The position numbers were made by a program, and so were the translations under genes. 64,000 bases of DNA from a virus. Where the stretch lies: IMG/VR virus record IMGVR_UViG_3300000983_000001, positions 22,891 through 86,890 of that record, one strand, 5' to 3'. The notes under the pieces were generated by a model. The model made no database searches. It saw only the letters and a program-made list of their open reading frames with translations, and had not been told where the DNA came from. Within the stretch, counting starts at the first letter, position 1; the number at the start of each line of letters is the position of its first letter. This document shows positions 1 to 10,406 of this stretch, in pieces.

Positions 1-414
1 AACGACACTGATATAACAAACCTACAACAATGTTGTTCAGATAATGAAGATGCAATTGAGGCTTTAGATACCAGAGTAGAGGCATTAGAAGAAGATTTAG
101 AAGAATGCTGTGACTACAATTGGATGTTGAGAGAAATCCAATTAGGTGTTAACATAGACCCTAACCCTCCACCTTTAGGTATATGCTTAGATCATCTAAT
201 GATTGAAGTTTATGGTATGGGATCAGATACAGATTTTACAGGTTTTTCACCTAATAATATGTGTCCAGGTAGTAGGGTTACAATAAGAAAAGCAGGCACA
301 GACCCTTTTGTAATATCATGGACTTGTCCGAACACAGGTATAGTCTACGATCATATGGACACACAAGGAGATTATATTGAACTTTATTGGGATGGCTCAA
401 AACTAACAATTTAA
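1..414 (+). CDS. 5'-truncated tail/fibre-associated structural protein (coiled coil followed by a small beta domain)
   Basis: Frame 1 is open from base 1 (NDTDITNLQQCCSDNEDAIEALDTRVEALEEDLEECC...) straight into the tracked ORF 124..414. It has a heptad-like pattern and sits upstream of tail genes. Confidence 0.55.
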   Translation, partial: NDTDITNLQQCCSDNEDAIEALDTRVEALEEDLEECCDYNWMLREIQLGVNIDPNPPPLGICLDHLMIEVYGMGSDTDFTGFSPNNMCPGSRVTIRKAGTDPFVISWTCPNTGIVYDHMDTQGDYIELYWDGSKLTI

Positions 415-430
415 AAATAAAAAAGATAAT

Positions 431-1108
431 ATGAGTTTAGATATAAGTAAAGGTTTAAAAATAGATAAGGAGACCTTAAATGTACCAGGTGGCGGAGGTT
501 CTGTAACTTTTAGTTGTCCCCCCGATCAAGTTTTAAGTATTTGGGGTTGGAGTTATCCAAAAGTACCAGAAGAAATACAACCAATTGGTGTAGTTGATCC
601 TGATAATGTCTCAGATACTTTAAGAGAAAATAGGGTTATAGATAATAATTACACACAACTTTTTTACAATAATCTAAGTCCAGGAACTATTAATAAATCT
701 CTTCCTGGAATTGATTTAGGAGCTAGTTTTGTTTTAAAAAGCTTAAAGATATATTGGTCTTGGCTTAATTGGCAACCTTTAGATTTTAATATCCAAACAA
801 GTAATGACGGAGTTAACTGGTTGGATATAGAAACAAATTTAACTTCAAGCGGAGTAGATTTTGATGTTGATATTTTTCCAGTGAATAATGTCACTGCAAG
901 ATATATTAGGATATTTACTAATATAGGCAGAAGCACTCAATGGGTTGGTGCTGCTGAAATAGAAGTTTTTGGAGTAAAAGATGAATTGGTTTATGGACCT
1001 ATCTACCAAGACCATAACTTTGTTGTTGGAGATAACGGTTCAGGGTTTTTACAAATCACAAACTACAGCAATAATGATACAGATATTACAGTGAATTGTC
1101 TTGTTTAA
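431..1108 (+). CDS. F5/8 type C (discoidin-like) carbohydrate-binding domain protein, probably tail-associated
   Basis: Motifs F-x-I-Q-T-S-N-D-G-V-N-W, ARYIRI and AEIEVFG are typical of the F5/8 type C fold. Confidence 0.7.
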   Translation: MSLDISKGLKIDKETLNVPGGGGSVTFSCPPDQVLSIWGWSYPKVPEEIQPIGVVDPDNVSDTLRENRVIDNNYTQLFYNNLSPGTINKSLPGIDLGASFVLKSLKIYWSWLNWQPLDFNIQTSNDGVNWLDIETNLTSSGVDFDVDIFPVNNVTARYIRIFTNIGRSTQWVGAAEIEVFGVKDELVYGPIYQDHNFVVGDNGSGFLQITNYSNNDTDITVNCLV

Positions 1109-1139
1109 AGAAAGATTAAATTTTTAAAAACAAAAAAAG

Positions 1140-1168
1140 ATGCTTAGGGGAAACTCTGAGCATTTTTT
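1140..1168 (+). terminator. Rho-independent terminator
   Basis: Stem ATGCTTAGGG / CTCTGAGCAT with a GAAA tetraloop, followed by TTTTT. It implies the next CDS starts at ATG 1182, not 1140. Confidence 0.75.
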
Positions 1169-1181
1169 ATATGCAATATTC

Positions 1182-4100
1182 ATGGAAAAAAATAATATAA
1201 ATAGATTAGGCAACGGTATAGTTAAAGATGCTTCTCCTATAGATCAACCACAAAATAGTTATCGTTTTGTTTTGAATGGTATTCAGGAAACGAAAAAGGG
1301 GGATTTAAATTTTATTGGAAATGCAGAAAGTAATGTTGCTTGTGCAGAGTTTCCAGAAAACTATGTGCCTATAGGTAAAGAATATATAGGTAAAGGTAAT
1401 ACTGTTATATTTTTGGTTAATCGTGATGAAACAAGTTCTGAAATAGGTATTTTAAATGAATATTGCAGATATAAAACTATAGTAAATGCAGATTTAGGTT
1501 TCAAAATCACAAATCAAATTGATGCAACTTTCAAGTTGAGACGGGGTTGTGGTAGAACAATTTATTGGGTGGATGGTTGTAATAATCCTCCAATGATTTT
1601 TAACTTAGATAAACCAGAAGATTTTCAAGATACTAATGGAATTTGGGATATTGATAAATTTAGTTTATTTAAAACCACTAATTCAATACCTGAGATTATT
1701 AATATTCAAACAGAAGAGACAGGAGAGCTTTTACCAGGTTCTTATAATTTTGCAATACAATACTTAGATCAAGATTTTAATGGTACTGAATGGCTTTCTA
1801 CGACCGATACAGTTATTATCTACAATGACAATCCTAATGGAAAAGAATATAGCGCAATTAGAGGATCAACTAATTTAAAAGAGATTCACAGAAATTATGG
1901 AAAAACAAATAAATCTATAGTTTTTGATTTAGCTAAATTAGATGCTAATTTTATTTATTATAGAATAGCTATTATTCATTCGACTAATGGTAGTGGAGAA
2001 GTTTCTGGTGTCTTTTATACAAAGGAAATTCCACTGCAAATAGACAGTTTCACTTACACAGGTAATGAAAGTTTTACAAAAGGTACTGTAGAAGATGTCC
2101 AACAATTTCAAAATATTATTGCTCATGCAGATCACATAGAGCAAATAGAAAACAGACTTACGCTTGCTAAAACTAAAGGTAAAGATGTTGAATATTGCAA
2201 ATTACAAAATTGTGCATCTCAAATAACTGCGGACTTGGTGTTTGAAGAAATATATTTAAATAATATAGAAATACCTAATAATCCAAAAAGAGGCGTTTAT
2301 CATTTAGAAAAAGTCGGTTATATGCCAGGAGAAATATATTCGTTTGGTATAGTTTACTTATTTAAGGATGGCACAAAATCTCCTGTTTTTCATATACCAG
2401 GTCGAGCGCAAGGTTATTTATCAAGTATGAGTTTAGATAATCAAGCACAAGATGATATTTATATTGACAATAAAACTTGTTGTAACTACAGTTATTGGGG
2501 AGTAGATTCACAAGGACAAAACTTAGTTGGAACTCCAATTAGACACCATAGATTTCCTTTAAGGAGCGAAGTAAATAGGCCTTTATTTTATCAAAACAGT
2601 AGTAATCAGATAGTTACAAACTATGAGCTTTGCTTAGATATAGCAGGTAATATTAACCCTTTGTATCTTGATGATGAAGTAACTGTTTTAGTTACCTATA
2701 CAGTAGGGGGGACTACCTACACTAAACTAATTACTGTAGATTTAACAAATTATAATCCTACAAACGGTATAGCTTGTTTTTTCATAGATCAAAATACTTC
2801 TCCTTTAGTTTTTACAAGTGCGGTAGAACAACCTTCTCCTGTAAGTGGTTTAGTTCCAGGCTTAACTTATATTGGTGAATATGAGCAATCTAATTTAGAA
2901 ATAAGTGATACTGTTTACAGAAGTGAAATAATGGGCATTCGTTTTGATAATATAAAAACACCACAATTACCTGGTGATAACGAGATAATAGGTTATTATA
3001 TAGTCCGAAATGAACGAACAGAGAAAGAAAAAACTATACTAGACAATGGTATATTAACACCTTTAATTATTGAAAAAAGACAAGGGGTTGAAAGATTTGT
3101 TGCTCATGGACATTTAGCTCCAAATACAACAGACTTAAAAGAGGATGTAATGGCTTTGATTCATCCTGAGTTCAAATTCAGAGGGAGAGAATATTCAAAT
3201 ACAACTGAATATATTCAAGAGGGGGAGTATGTAATTAATACAAGAAGACTGAGTGATGAAATAGTCCAAGATGTTCAAGCAGGTACATCTTATGATCCAA
3301 GTATAAATAAAAGACGGGAAGAAGATTCAGATGGTTTTGACTTACATGTTGGTGTGAGATACAACAGCAACACTTTTACATCAGTTAATCTCATACTAGC
3401 TCAGGGGGGAGATATAGCTAAAACTTTTTATTTAGATGCATTACATGGTAACACTATAACAGATACTAATGGAGATAGAAAAGAAATATTTAATCTTTCC
3501 ACAGACAATAAGATAGGGTTTCTACAACTTAATACAAACTTAGATACAACAGTAATTAAAGATAGATTACCTTATGTTGTAATGAAAAGAGATTTAAATA
3601 ACCCTTACAGTGCGTTTAGGGTTTTACCTTATTTTAAGGAAAATGATAACCCTATATATTTTACCAATGCACAATTCAGTGCTATAAATCTTTTTAATGG
3701 TGATTCTTATATATCACCTATGAATTATTTAAGTACAGTTCAGTATGACATCCGCCTGAGAGAAAGGAGAACTAAAAAAGGGATATTAAATTGGATTATA
3801 GGTGTTTTAGCGGTTGTCGGAGGTACAGCTTTGACTATATTTTCAGCAGGTACATTAGCAGTAGCAGGTCTTGGTATTATTGGATATGGTATATCTGAAT
3901 TAGCAAGTGGAATAAAGCAACTACAAACTTCTATAATATATCAGCAGAAGTATGAGCAGGGACTAAAAGACACTGTTGATGATTTAGATACACAAGCTAT
4001 TTTTTCTCAAAACCCCCCTGATGATGAAATTCAGTTTTTTCATGATATATTACCAAATATTTTCATCGAATCTGGTGTTAATATGAATTGGAGAATGGGT

Positions 4101-5888
4101 AATACTGTAGGATTAACTGACTTCTTAGATAGTCCAAATGGTTATGATGAATTAGCTTTAAATACTTATGCGATTGAGAAACTTACAACAGTTGATCCCG
4201 AAGCAAAAGGAGGAAGAAACTATTTAGGTTATACTAAAGCAGAATTATATAATGTTAATTTAGATTATTTCAGAAGAAACAGAGAAAAAATATTTACTCA
4301 TTTAAGTTTTCAATATGACTGTTGCAGTAAATGTGCGGAGAATTTTCCTCACAGAATTGCCTACTCTAATCAATCTTTTTCTGAGGAATTAACAGATAAT
4401 TATAGAGTATTCCTACCTAATAATTATAGAGATATAGAAGGAGAAACAGGAGCTATAACAAATACATTTAGATTAAGAAATAACTTATACATTCAAACAG
4501 AAGAAGCACTTTGGCATCTTCCTCAAAATTTTCAAGAAAGAGTTACAGGAGATATTATTAGTTTTATAGGAACAGGAGAATTTTTTGGTATACCCCCAAG
4601 AAAAATCATAGAAGATTCTACAGGGCATTCCGCAGGAACACAGCATAAATGGAGTGTTTTAGAGTTTCCAAATGGTGTAATATTTGTATCTGAAAGAGAA
4701 AGAAAAATCTATCACTTTAATGGCAGTAATATTAATCCGATTAGCACTAGAGGGTTAGATTCTTGGTTCAAAGAAAATTTAGATATACAAGAAAATAAAA
4801 ATTACTCTAAAATAAACAATAGATTACACCCATTTAATGATAACCCTTCAAATCCTTTTGGTACAGGTTTTATTTCTGTCTATGATTCTAGGTATGACAG
4901 GGTTATAATTACTAAAAGAGATAATATATTAGAGAACATCTTACCTGACACTGAATATGAAATTTGCTTAAAAGATGGCAGTGTTATATTATTTGATAAT
5001 ATAGAACAAACAGTTACCCAAGAACAATTAGATGGGTGGTGTTATAGAGGCATAGAAAACTGTCAAATGTGTTTTGAAAGAGTGATACCTGGTAGCACTA
5101 TAAATGAGATCGAGTACAAATGTATTGATGGAATAAAACTAACTATTCAACCCGAAGATATTATAAAAAATTCTTGGACGATAAGTTATTCTTTAAAAAA
5201 TCAAACTTGGATTTCTTGGCACAGCTATTTACCTAACTTCTATTTACATACACCAAATAAATTTTATTCTTGGATAACAGATAACAATAATCTGTGGAAA
5301 CACAATAAACATGCACACTATCAAACTTATTATGGTGTTTATTATTCTTTTATAGTAGACTATGTAGCTATAGAAGAAGCTTTACAAAGTAAAATTTGGG
5401 ATTATATTAGATTACTAACAGAGGCAAGAAAATACCAAGACGAGAATAATTCTTTTTACGAGGAAAGATTTATCACGTTTAATAAACTTATTGCTTACAA
5501 TAGAACTCAAACTACAGGTCTTATTAATTTAATTGTAAAAAATACAGAAAACAATTTTGATGATTACCTCGAAAATCAAGTTTTGAACAATTTGATTAAT
5601 GGTATTAAAATTGATAGAAACGAAAAAGATTGGACATTAAATACAGTTAGAGATTTAAGAGTAAATCATCATGTTCCTTTATTCAATAAAAGTATTGAAG
5701 ATTTACAGGTTGATTATTATATTGATAAAGTATTGAACCAGAATGCAATAGATTATAATAAAAATTGGTGGGAATTAGAAGTATTAAGAGATAAATATTT
5801 GGAAGTTCGATTAATATTTGATATATTAGCTGACACCAAATTAATATTCCATTTTGGCATCACAAATCAAAAAACAAGTTTTAGATAA
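1182..5888 (+). CDS. Large tail stabilisation / muzzle-type protein of crAss-like phages
   Basis: About 1570 aa, beta-rich, with RIAYS/W-T-I-S-Y-S/W-I-S-W-H-S-Y-L-P blocks. It lies immediately upstream of the ejected-protein cluster, as in crAss-like genomes. Start moved to 1182 (MEKNN) because the upstream ATG lies in a terminator. Confidence 0.7.
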   Translation: MEKNNINRLGNGIVKDASPIDQPQNSYRFVLNGIQETKKGDLNFIGNAESNVACAEFPENYVPIGKEYIGKGNTVIFLVNRDETSSEIGILNEYCRYKTIVNADLGFKITNQIDATFKLRRGCGRTIYWVDGCNNPPMIFNLDKPEDFQDTNGIWDIDKFSLFKTTNSIPEIINIQTEETGELLPGSYNFAIQYLDQDFNGTEWLSTTDTVIIYNDNPNGKEYSAIRGSTNLKEIHRNYGKTNKSIVFDLAKLDANFIYYRIAIIHSTNGSGEVSGVFYTKEIPLQIDSFTYTGNESFTKGTVEDVQQFQNIIAHADHIEQIENRLTLAKTKGKDVEYCKLQNCASQITADLVFEEIYLNNIEIPNNPKRGVYHLEKVGYMPGEIYSFGIVYLFKDGTKSPVFHIPGRAQGYLSSMSLDNQAQDDIYIDNKTCCNYSYWGVDSQGQNLVGTPIRHHRFPLRSEVNRPLFYQNSSNQIVTNYELCLDIAGNINPLYLDDEVTVLVTYTVGGTTYTKLITVDLTNYNPTNGIACFFIDQNTSPLVFTSAVEQPSPVSGLVPGLTYIGEYEQSNLEISDTVYRSEIMGIRFDNIKTPQLPGDNEIIGYYIVRNERTEKEKTILDNGILTPLIIEKRQGVERFVAHGHLAPNTTDLKEDVMALIHPEFKFRGREYSNTTEYIQEGEYVINTRRLSDEIVQDVQAGTSYDPSINKRREEDSDGFDLHVGVRYNSNTFTSVNLILAQGGDIAKTFYLDALHGNTITDTNGDRKEIFNLSTDNKIGFLQLNTNLDTTVIKDRLPYVVMKRDLNNPYSAFRVLPYFKENDNPIYFTNAQFSAINLFNGDSYISPMNYLSTVQYDIRLRERRTKKGILNWIIGVLAVVGGTALTIFSAGTLAVAGLGIIGYGISELASGIKQLQTSIIYQQKYEQGLKDTVDDLDTQAIFSQNPPDDEIQFFHDILPNIFIESGVNMNWRMGNTVGLTDFLDSPNGYDELALNTYAIEKLTTVDPEAKGGRNYLGYTKAELYNVNLDYFRRNREKIFTHLSFQYDCCSKCAENFPHRIAYSNQSFSEELTDNYRVFLPNNYRDIEGETGAITNTFRLRNNLYIQTEEALWHLPQNFQERVTGDIISFIGTGEFFGIPPRKIIEDSTGHSAGTQHKWSVLEFPNGVIFVSERERKIYHFNGSNINPISTRGLDSWFKENLDIQENKNYSKINNRLHPFNDNPSNPFGTGFISVYDSRYDRVIITKRDNILENILPDTEYEICLKDGSVILFDNIEQTVTQEQLDGWCYRGIENCQMCFERVIPGSTINEIEYKCIDGIKLTIQPEDIIKNSWTISYSLKNQTWISWHSYLPNFYLHTPNKFYSWITDNNNLWKHNKHAHYQTYYGVYYSFIVDYVAIEEALQSKIWDYIRLLTEARKYQDENNSFYEERFITFNKLIAYNRTQTTGLINLIVKNTENNFDDYLENQVLNNLINGIKIDRNEKDWTLNTVRDLRVNHHVPLFNKSIEDLQVDYYIDKVLNQNAIDYNKNWWELEVLRDKYLEVRLIFDILADTKLIFHFGITNQKTSFR

Positions 5889-5896
5889 ATATAAAA

Positions 5897-7444
5897 ATGA
5901 GTAAAAGAAATAAAAATATAGATTGGGTAAAATATTTATCGGGTGGCACAATTTATCCACATGTAAAAAACCCGTATGATGTTTTAGCCAAGAATCAACA
6001 AGATATTGCTCATGCTAAATATAAAGCATCAACTAATCCTTTAACTATAGGTATGCGAGGTTTAGGTCATTTGGCTATGCAAGCCAGTATTAATTCTGGT
6101 GGATTAGGTAATTTACCGTTCTTACAAAAAAATGGTTTAGGTGACTTTGCCAATATGGTGATGGGAACTGCTGCAAATATGAATTTTGGTTTGGGTGGAA
6201 ATGTGAAAAGAGTTGGTGTTGAAGTTGAAGGAAAAGAAGTTGCGGAAAAACCCAATGGAGAAATTGTAAAATTTCAAGGTAAAGATCATGAACAAGGTGG
6301 TGTTAAAACTAACTTAGAGGTAGGTACAGATGTTTTCTCTAAGCGAATAAAGGTTGATGGTATTTCAATGGCTGACAGAAAACTGAAAAGAGAAAAATTA
6401 GAAAATAAATATAAAAAAATATTAGCTTCACCAGATATAAAAAATGATCCTTTAAGAAAAAAAACATTAGAGTCTAATCTAAAAACTTTAATGAGTGAGA
6501 ATGAAAATGATAAAAAAATACAAGAAACCTTAAAAAATTTTAGTTCAGGTGAGCAGAATTTTATGGGAGGAGGTACAGTAGAAGATGATGATGAAAATGA
6601 AACTTTTGGTTGGACATATAATAAAGAAACTGGAAATTGGGATTTATTTGATGATAAGGATAAGCAATTAAAACCAGGTGAATGGGACATGAATGGCACA
6701 GGTGTTGGCGGTTTTACACCTAGAGGGGGTCAACTTTATATACCAGAAGATAAAGAAGAACCTAAAACTAATAAAACAGGTCTTACAAACCCTTTAGTGG
6801 CTTCTGGTGAGGGTGTAGGTACTTATGGCAATGCACTTAGTATGTTAGGTACTGCTGTCGGCACTGTTGGACAATTTGGATTAACACATAAAGCACGGGC
6901 TACTGCTCCCCCTAATGTGAATAGCTTTAAAGATTATGGGAGAAGAGGTTTAGAGACATTAGATAAAAGTAAAGATTTTGTTGCTCAAATGCGAGATTCA
7001 AGCTTGCAAGATTTAGAGCTATCTAGGAATGCAAGTATTCAAAGAGGTAGAAATAGTGCTAGAGGGGTGAATCAAATGAGAGCTTTAGATTTAGCCTCAA
7101 CTCAACAGGCAAATCAGCAAGAAAGAAGTATCAACAATGATTTTAGTAACTCTATGATGGGTATATTGAATCAAGAGGCTGTTATGCAGAATCAGCAAGA
7201 TAGTGTTGTTATGCAAGGTGAAGATAACAAGCTTACTAACAATAAAAAAGATCATGGAGCTTACTATAGTAATTTGTCTAAAAACCTTTCAGATATGGGA
7301 TTAGGTTTACAGCATTTAGGTAAAAATTTAAATGATGTTCAAAGAGATAGAGCGATGCTTAGGTTAATGACAGAGTTAGAAAAATATGGTATAACTTCTA
7401 ACAGCAAAGGACAATTTGTAACAAAAAAGAAAAAGAAAAAATAA
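5897..7444 (+). CDS. Ejected/cargo virion protein 1
   Basis: 515 aa with an EVEGKE...FQGKDHEQGGV block, three [FY]xxGG motifs and a Gln/Asn-rich helical C-terminus. It lies between the tail stabilisation gene and the vRNAP. Confidence 0.6.
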   Translation: MSKRNKNIDWVKYLSGGTIYPHVKNPYDVLAKNQQDIAHAKYKASTNPLTIGMRGLGHLAMQASINSGGLGNLPFLQKNGLGDFANMVMGTAANMNFGLGGNVKRVGVEVEGKEVAEKPNGEIVKFQGKDHEQGGVKTNLEVGTDVFSKRIKVDGISMADRKLKREKLENKYKKILASPDIKNDPLRKKTLESNLKTLMSENENDKKIQETLKNFSSGEQNFMGGGTVEDDDENETFGWTYNKETGNWDLFDDKDKQLKPGEWDMNGTGVGGFTPRGGQLYIPEDKEEPKTNKTGLTNPLVASGEGVGTYGNALSMLGTAVGTVGQFGLTHKARATAPPNVNSFKDYGRRGLETLDKSKDFVAQMRDSSLQDLELSRNASIQRGRNSARGVNQMRALDLASTQQANQQERSINNDFSNSMMGILNQEAVMQNQQDSVVMQGEDNKLTNNKKDHGAYYSNLSKNLSDMGLGLQHLGKNLNDVQRDRAMLRLMTELEKYGITSNSKGQFVTKKKKKK

Positions 7445-7445
7445 G

Positions 7446-10397
7446 ATGTCACAATATTATAATAGTGCAAGATCACAATTTTTGCCAGATAGTATGTATA
7501 AGTCTCCTATAGATTTAATGAAGCTTGTTTTAAAAAAGAAACAGGCAGCACAGCAGGACTTCTTTACAAAATCTGAATTGTTTCAGGGTGCAATTGATGA
7601 TATTAGTCACCTTAATTTTAAAGCTGACAATGATAGGGTTTTAGAAAAGCAAAATTATTATAATGGTAAGGTAGATAATCTAACAAAAAAAATGCGAAAT
7701 GATCCTGTTAATTATCAAAAATATTTGCCTGAATTAAGGCAATTGCAAAGAGAGTTAATTCAGGATAAAAAAAGTGGGGAACTATTTCATATAGAAAATA
7801 GATATAATAAAAGACAACAATGGTTAAAAGATAACAAAAAAATTAAAGAAAGCAGTCCTGATTTATATAATAGAATAAATAATTATTGGAACTCGGATAT
7901 AATAGGAAGAGCAACAGAAGATTCGGAAGCTGCTTTTAACGGGCAGCAGATTATAGAAAGACCAGAATTAATCCAAGCTTATAGGAAGGTTTTTGAAAAC
8001 TTAAAAGCATCGGCCACAGAAATAACACCTGACGGAACATATATAATAAACAATACAGAAGTAACAGAAGATCAAGTTGCACAGATGGCCCATAATACTT
8101 TAATGGCACATCCTGATTTTAAAGGTTATGTTTCTCAAATGGGGAGTTTGTTAGGGGATAGTGGTTTTTTTACAAAAGATGAAGAGGGAAATACAACTGG
8201 TGGTGTGCCTGCATTTATTTATTTAGATAGAGAGAGTAATATTTTATCACCAGAAGATTTTAGCTCTTTGTCTGCAAAAGACGCAGGAGAAGTTGTTCGA
8301 GTTTTAAACCCTGAATATGCTTTTTATAATGATTTAGCCTCTGTTACAGGTACTTACAGCAATAAAGAACAGAAAATAAGAGAAAATAAATTTGGTTTAC
8401 AAGAAAGAGGATCGAAATTAAAAATAGCAGAAGATAATAATAAAAATCTTAATGCTCAAAGTTTAATTACACTTAGAAACCAATATGACGAAATTGAGGG
8501 ACAACAAAAGTATGTTCGAGATTTAGCCTTAAAAACTTTAGATCATGAAGCTAAGGCTAGGCTAAAAGCTTTAGACGCAGATTTATCTTTAAAACTAGAG
8601 CAAATTGGCATAGAAGGCGCACAAGTTGAAGAACAGTTAAAACAAAACAATAAAGTAGAACTATTAAAATATAAACAAAATTTCGGAGAACGTGATAAAT
8701 ATTTAGACTATAGCTATGGTAATTCAGAGGCACATAGGGATCACGGTTTTGATAAAGTTATAAAAAGAATTACTGCTGAAAATCAAGCAGCCAGAGATGC
8801 TAAAAAACATGAAGCTCAAAAATTATTAGAAGACCACAAAAATAAACATAGGCGTAGTGCTGCGGATAAAAAATTTGAGCGAGATGTTAAGAAGATGGGT
8901 GTTTCTCAATCTCAGAAAAAAGAAATTATTGGAATTAAAGAAGAAGTAGATAACAGAAAAAGTCAAAGAGATTATAAAGAAGCTTTTAATTTACAAGGTT
9001 CAAGATTGGCACATAAAAAAAATGCAGCAACTACTAAATATAACAGAGATGTAAAATTAGCAAAATACAAATCTGATTTAAAGAGAGGTGACGCTGCTGC
9101 TCAATTTGAGAATAAAAAAAATTATGAAGCTTGGAAACAAAAGAATATTAAAAGTAAATCCAGTGGCAAGTCTAACAACAAAGGTAGTAAAGGTGGTTCT
9201 GTTGATGGTACATTATATATGGACACTAATGAGAGAATGTACGAGCAAAAAGATTTTCAAAATCTTATTCCAGAATATAACAATTATAGTAAGTTGGTAG
9301 ACGAAAAAACTAAAGAGTTATCTGAATTAGACCCTAACTCCCCCCAATATGATTTTAAGAGGAAAGAGTTGACAGACGCTAAAAGAGATTTAGCAGATAG
9401 TTATGGTTTAATTACAGAAAGAGATTCTGACTGGGATGCACATGTTCGTAAAAAAAGACCTGATCTAGTTCACTTATTAGATGATTTAACTTTTGAGGAA
9501 GCACTAACTCTTAAAAATCAAAAATCTAAAAGAACTTTTGATAAAAATGGTATGCCTAATAATCCTATGTCAACTTTAACTCATAGTGATGAAAGAGCTT
9601 TAAGAGATTTAGCGGAAACTTTTAATGAAGATTGGTCTAAAGCCAGAGCGAACTCTGCTGTTTATAAAAATAATAATATAATAACGGCTGTAGAATCTGT
9701 GGGAGAAAAGAACGAGTGGAGGAGTTTTGGAAAAGCAGCTATGGGTGTTTCTAATGTGAACAACACTGTTTTTAAACAAAACGGTAAAGAAGTTAAATCT
9801 TTAGAATTAAAAAATCCAGGTTGGGGTAGTGATTCTCATATTGGAGGTTTAGATGAAATTAGAGCTATAACAGGTGCAGAAAGTAATGAGGAAATATTTG
9901 AACAAAAAGCTATCAGAAAAAATGATGATGGTTCTTTTGTGGTTACAGGAAGATTTACAGAAGAAGCTGCACAACATATTGATGGCTACAACGGACAAGA
10001 TATAGAGTTACATCTGTCAGGAACAAACATGAATAAAAGAATTGATGAATTTGCTAAAGGTACAGATGCAGCTAATTCTGATATGTTCTTGAACCAAACT
10101 AATCCAGATTATTTACATTATTATAATCGTTTAAACAGAGGTTTCACAAGACCACCAGATGAATTATCAAAAGACCCTAATTCTTATTCGCCTATAAGTA
10201 TGACAACTTATAATAGTCAAACAGATGAACAAACATCTTGGGAAGTTGAATTTAGCGACCCGACCAATAAAGTTTATACATTACATAATTTAAGCAATGG
10301 TAATAGTACAAGTTATTTTATAGACAAAGACGGAAAACAATATAAAATTACATCAAAAGAACAGATCGCCAGAATATTAAGCGAGATGAATAAATAA
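7446..10397 (+). CDS. Ejected/cargo virion protein 2
   Basis: 983-aa helical/coiled-coil ORF tightly coupled to its neighbours in the cargo cluster. Confidence 0.55.
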   Translation: MSQYYNSARSQFLPDSMYKSPIDLMKLVLKKKQAAQQDFFTKSELFQGAIDDISHLNFKADNDRVLEKQNYYNGKVDNLTKKMRNDPVNYQKYLPELRQLQRELIQDKKSGELFHIENRYNKRQQWLKDNKKIKESSPDLYNRINNYWNSDIIGRATEDSEAAFNGQQIIERPELIQAYRKVFENLKASATEITPDGTYIINNTEVTEDQVAQMAHNTLMAHPDFKGYVSQMGSLLGDSGFFTKDEEGNTTGGVPAFIYLDRESNILSPEDFSSLSAKDAGEVVRVLNPEYAFYNDLASVTGTYSNKEQKIRENKFGLQERGSKLKIAEDNNKNLNAQSLITLRNQYDEIEGQQKYVRDLALKTLDHEAKARLKALDADLSLKLEQIGIEGAQVEEQLKQNNKVELLKYKQNFGERDKYLDYSYGNSEAHRDHGFDKVIKRITAENQAARDAKKHEAQKLLEDHKNKHRRSAADKKFERDVKKMGVSQSQKKEIIGIKEEVDNRKSQRDYKEAFNLQGSRLAHKKNAATTKYNRDVKLAKYKSDLKRGDAAAQFENKKNYEAWKQKNIKSKSSGKSNNKGSKGGSVDGTLYMDTNERMYEQKDFQNLIPEYNNYSKLVDEKTKELSELDPNSPQYDFKRKELTDAKRDLADSYGLITERDSDWDAHVRKKRPDLVHLLDDLTFEEALTLKNQKSKRTFDKNGMPNNPMSTLTHSDERALRDLAETFNEDWSKARANSAVYKNNNIITAVESVGEKNEWRSFGKAAMGVSNVNNTVFKQNGKEVKSLELKNPGWGSDSHIGGLDEIRAITGAESNEEIFEQKAIRKNDDGSFVVTGRFTEEAAQHIDGYNGQDIELHLSGTNMNKRIDEFAKGTDAANSDMFLNQTNPDYLHYYNRLNRGFTRPPDELSKDPNSYSPISMTTYNSQTDEQTSWEVEFSDPTNKVYTLHNLSNGNSTSYFIDKDGKQYKITSKEQIARILSEMNK

Positions 10398-10406
10398 ATA
10401 TAACTT

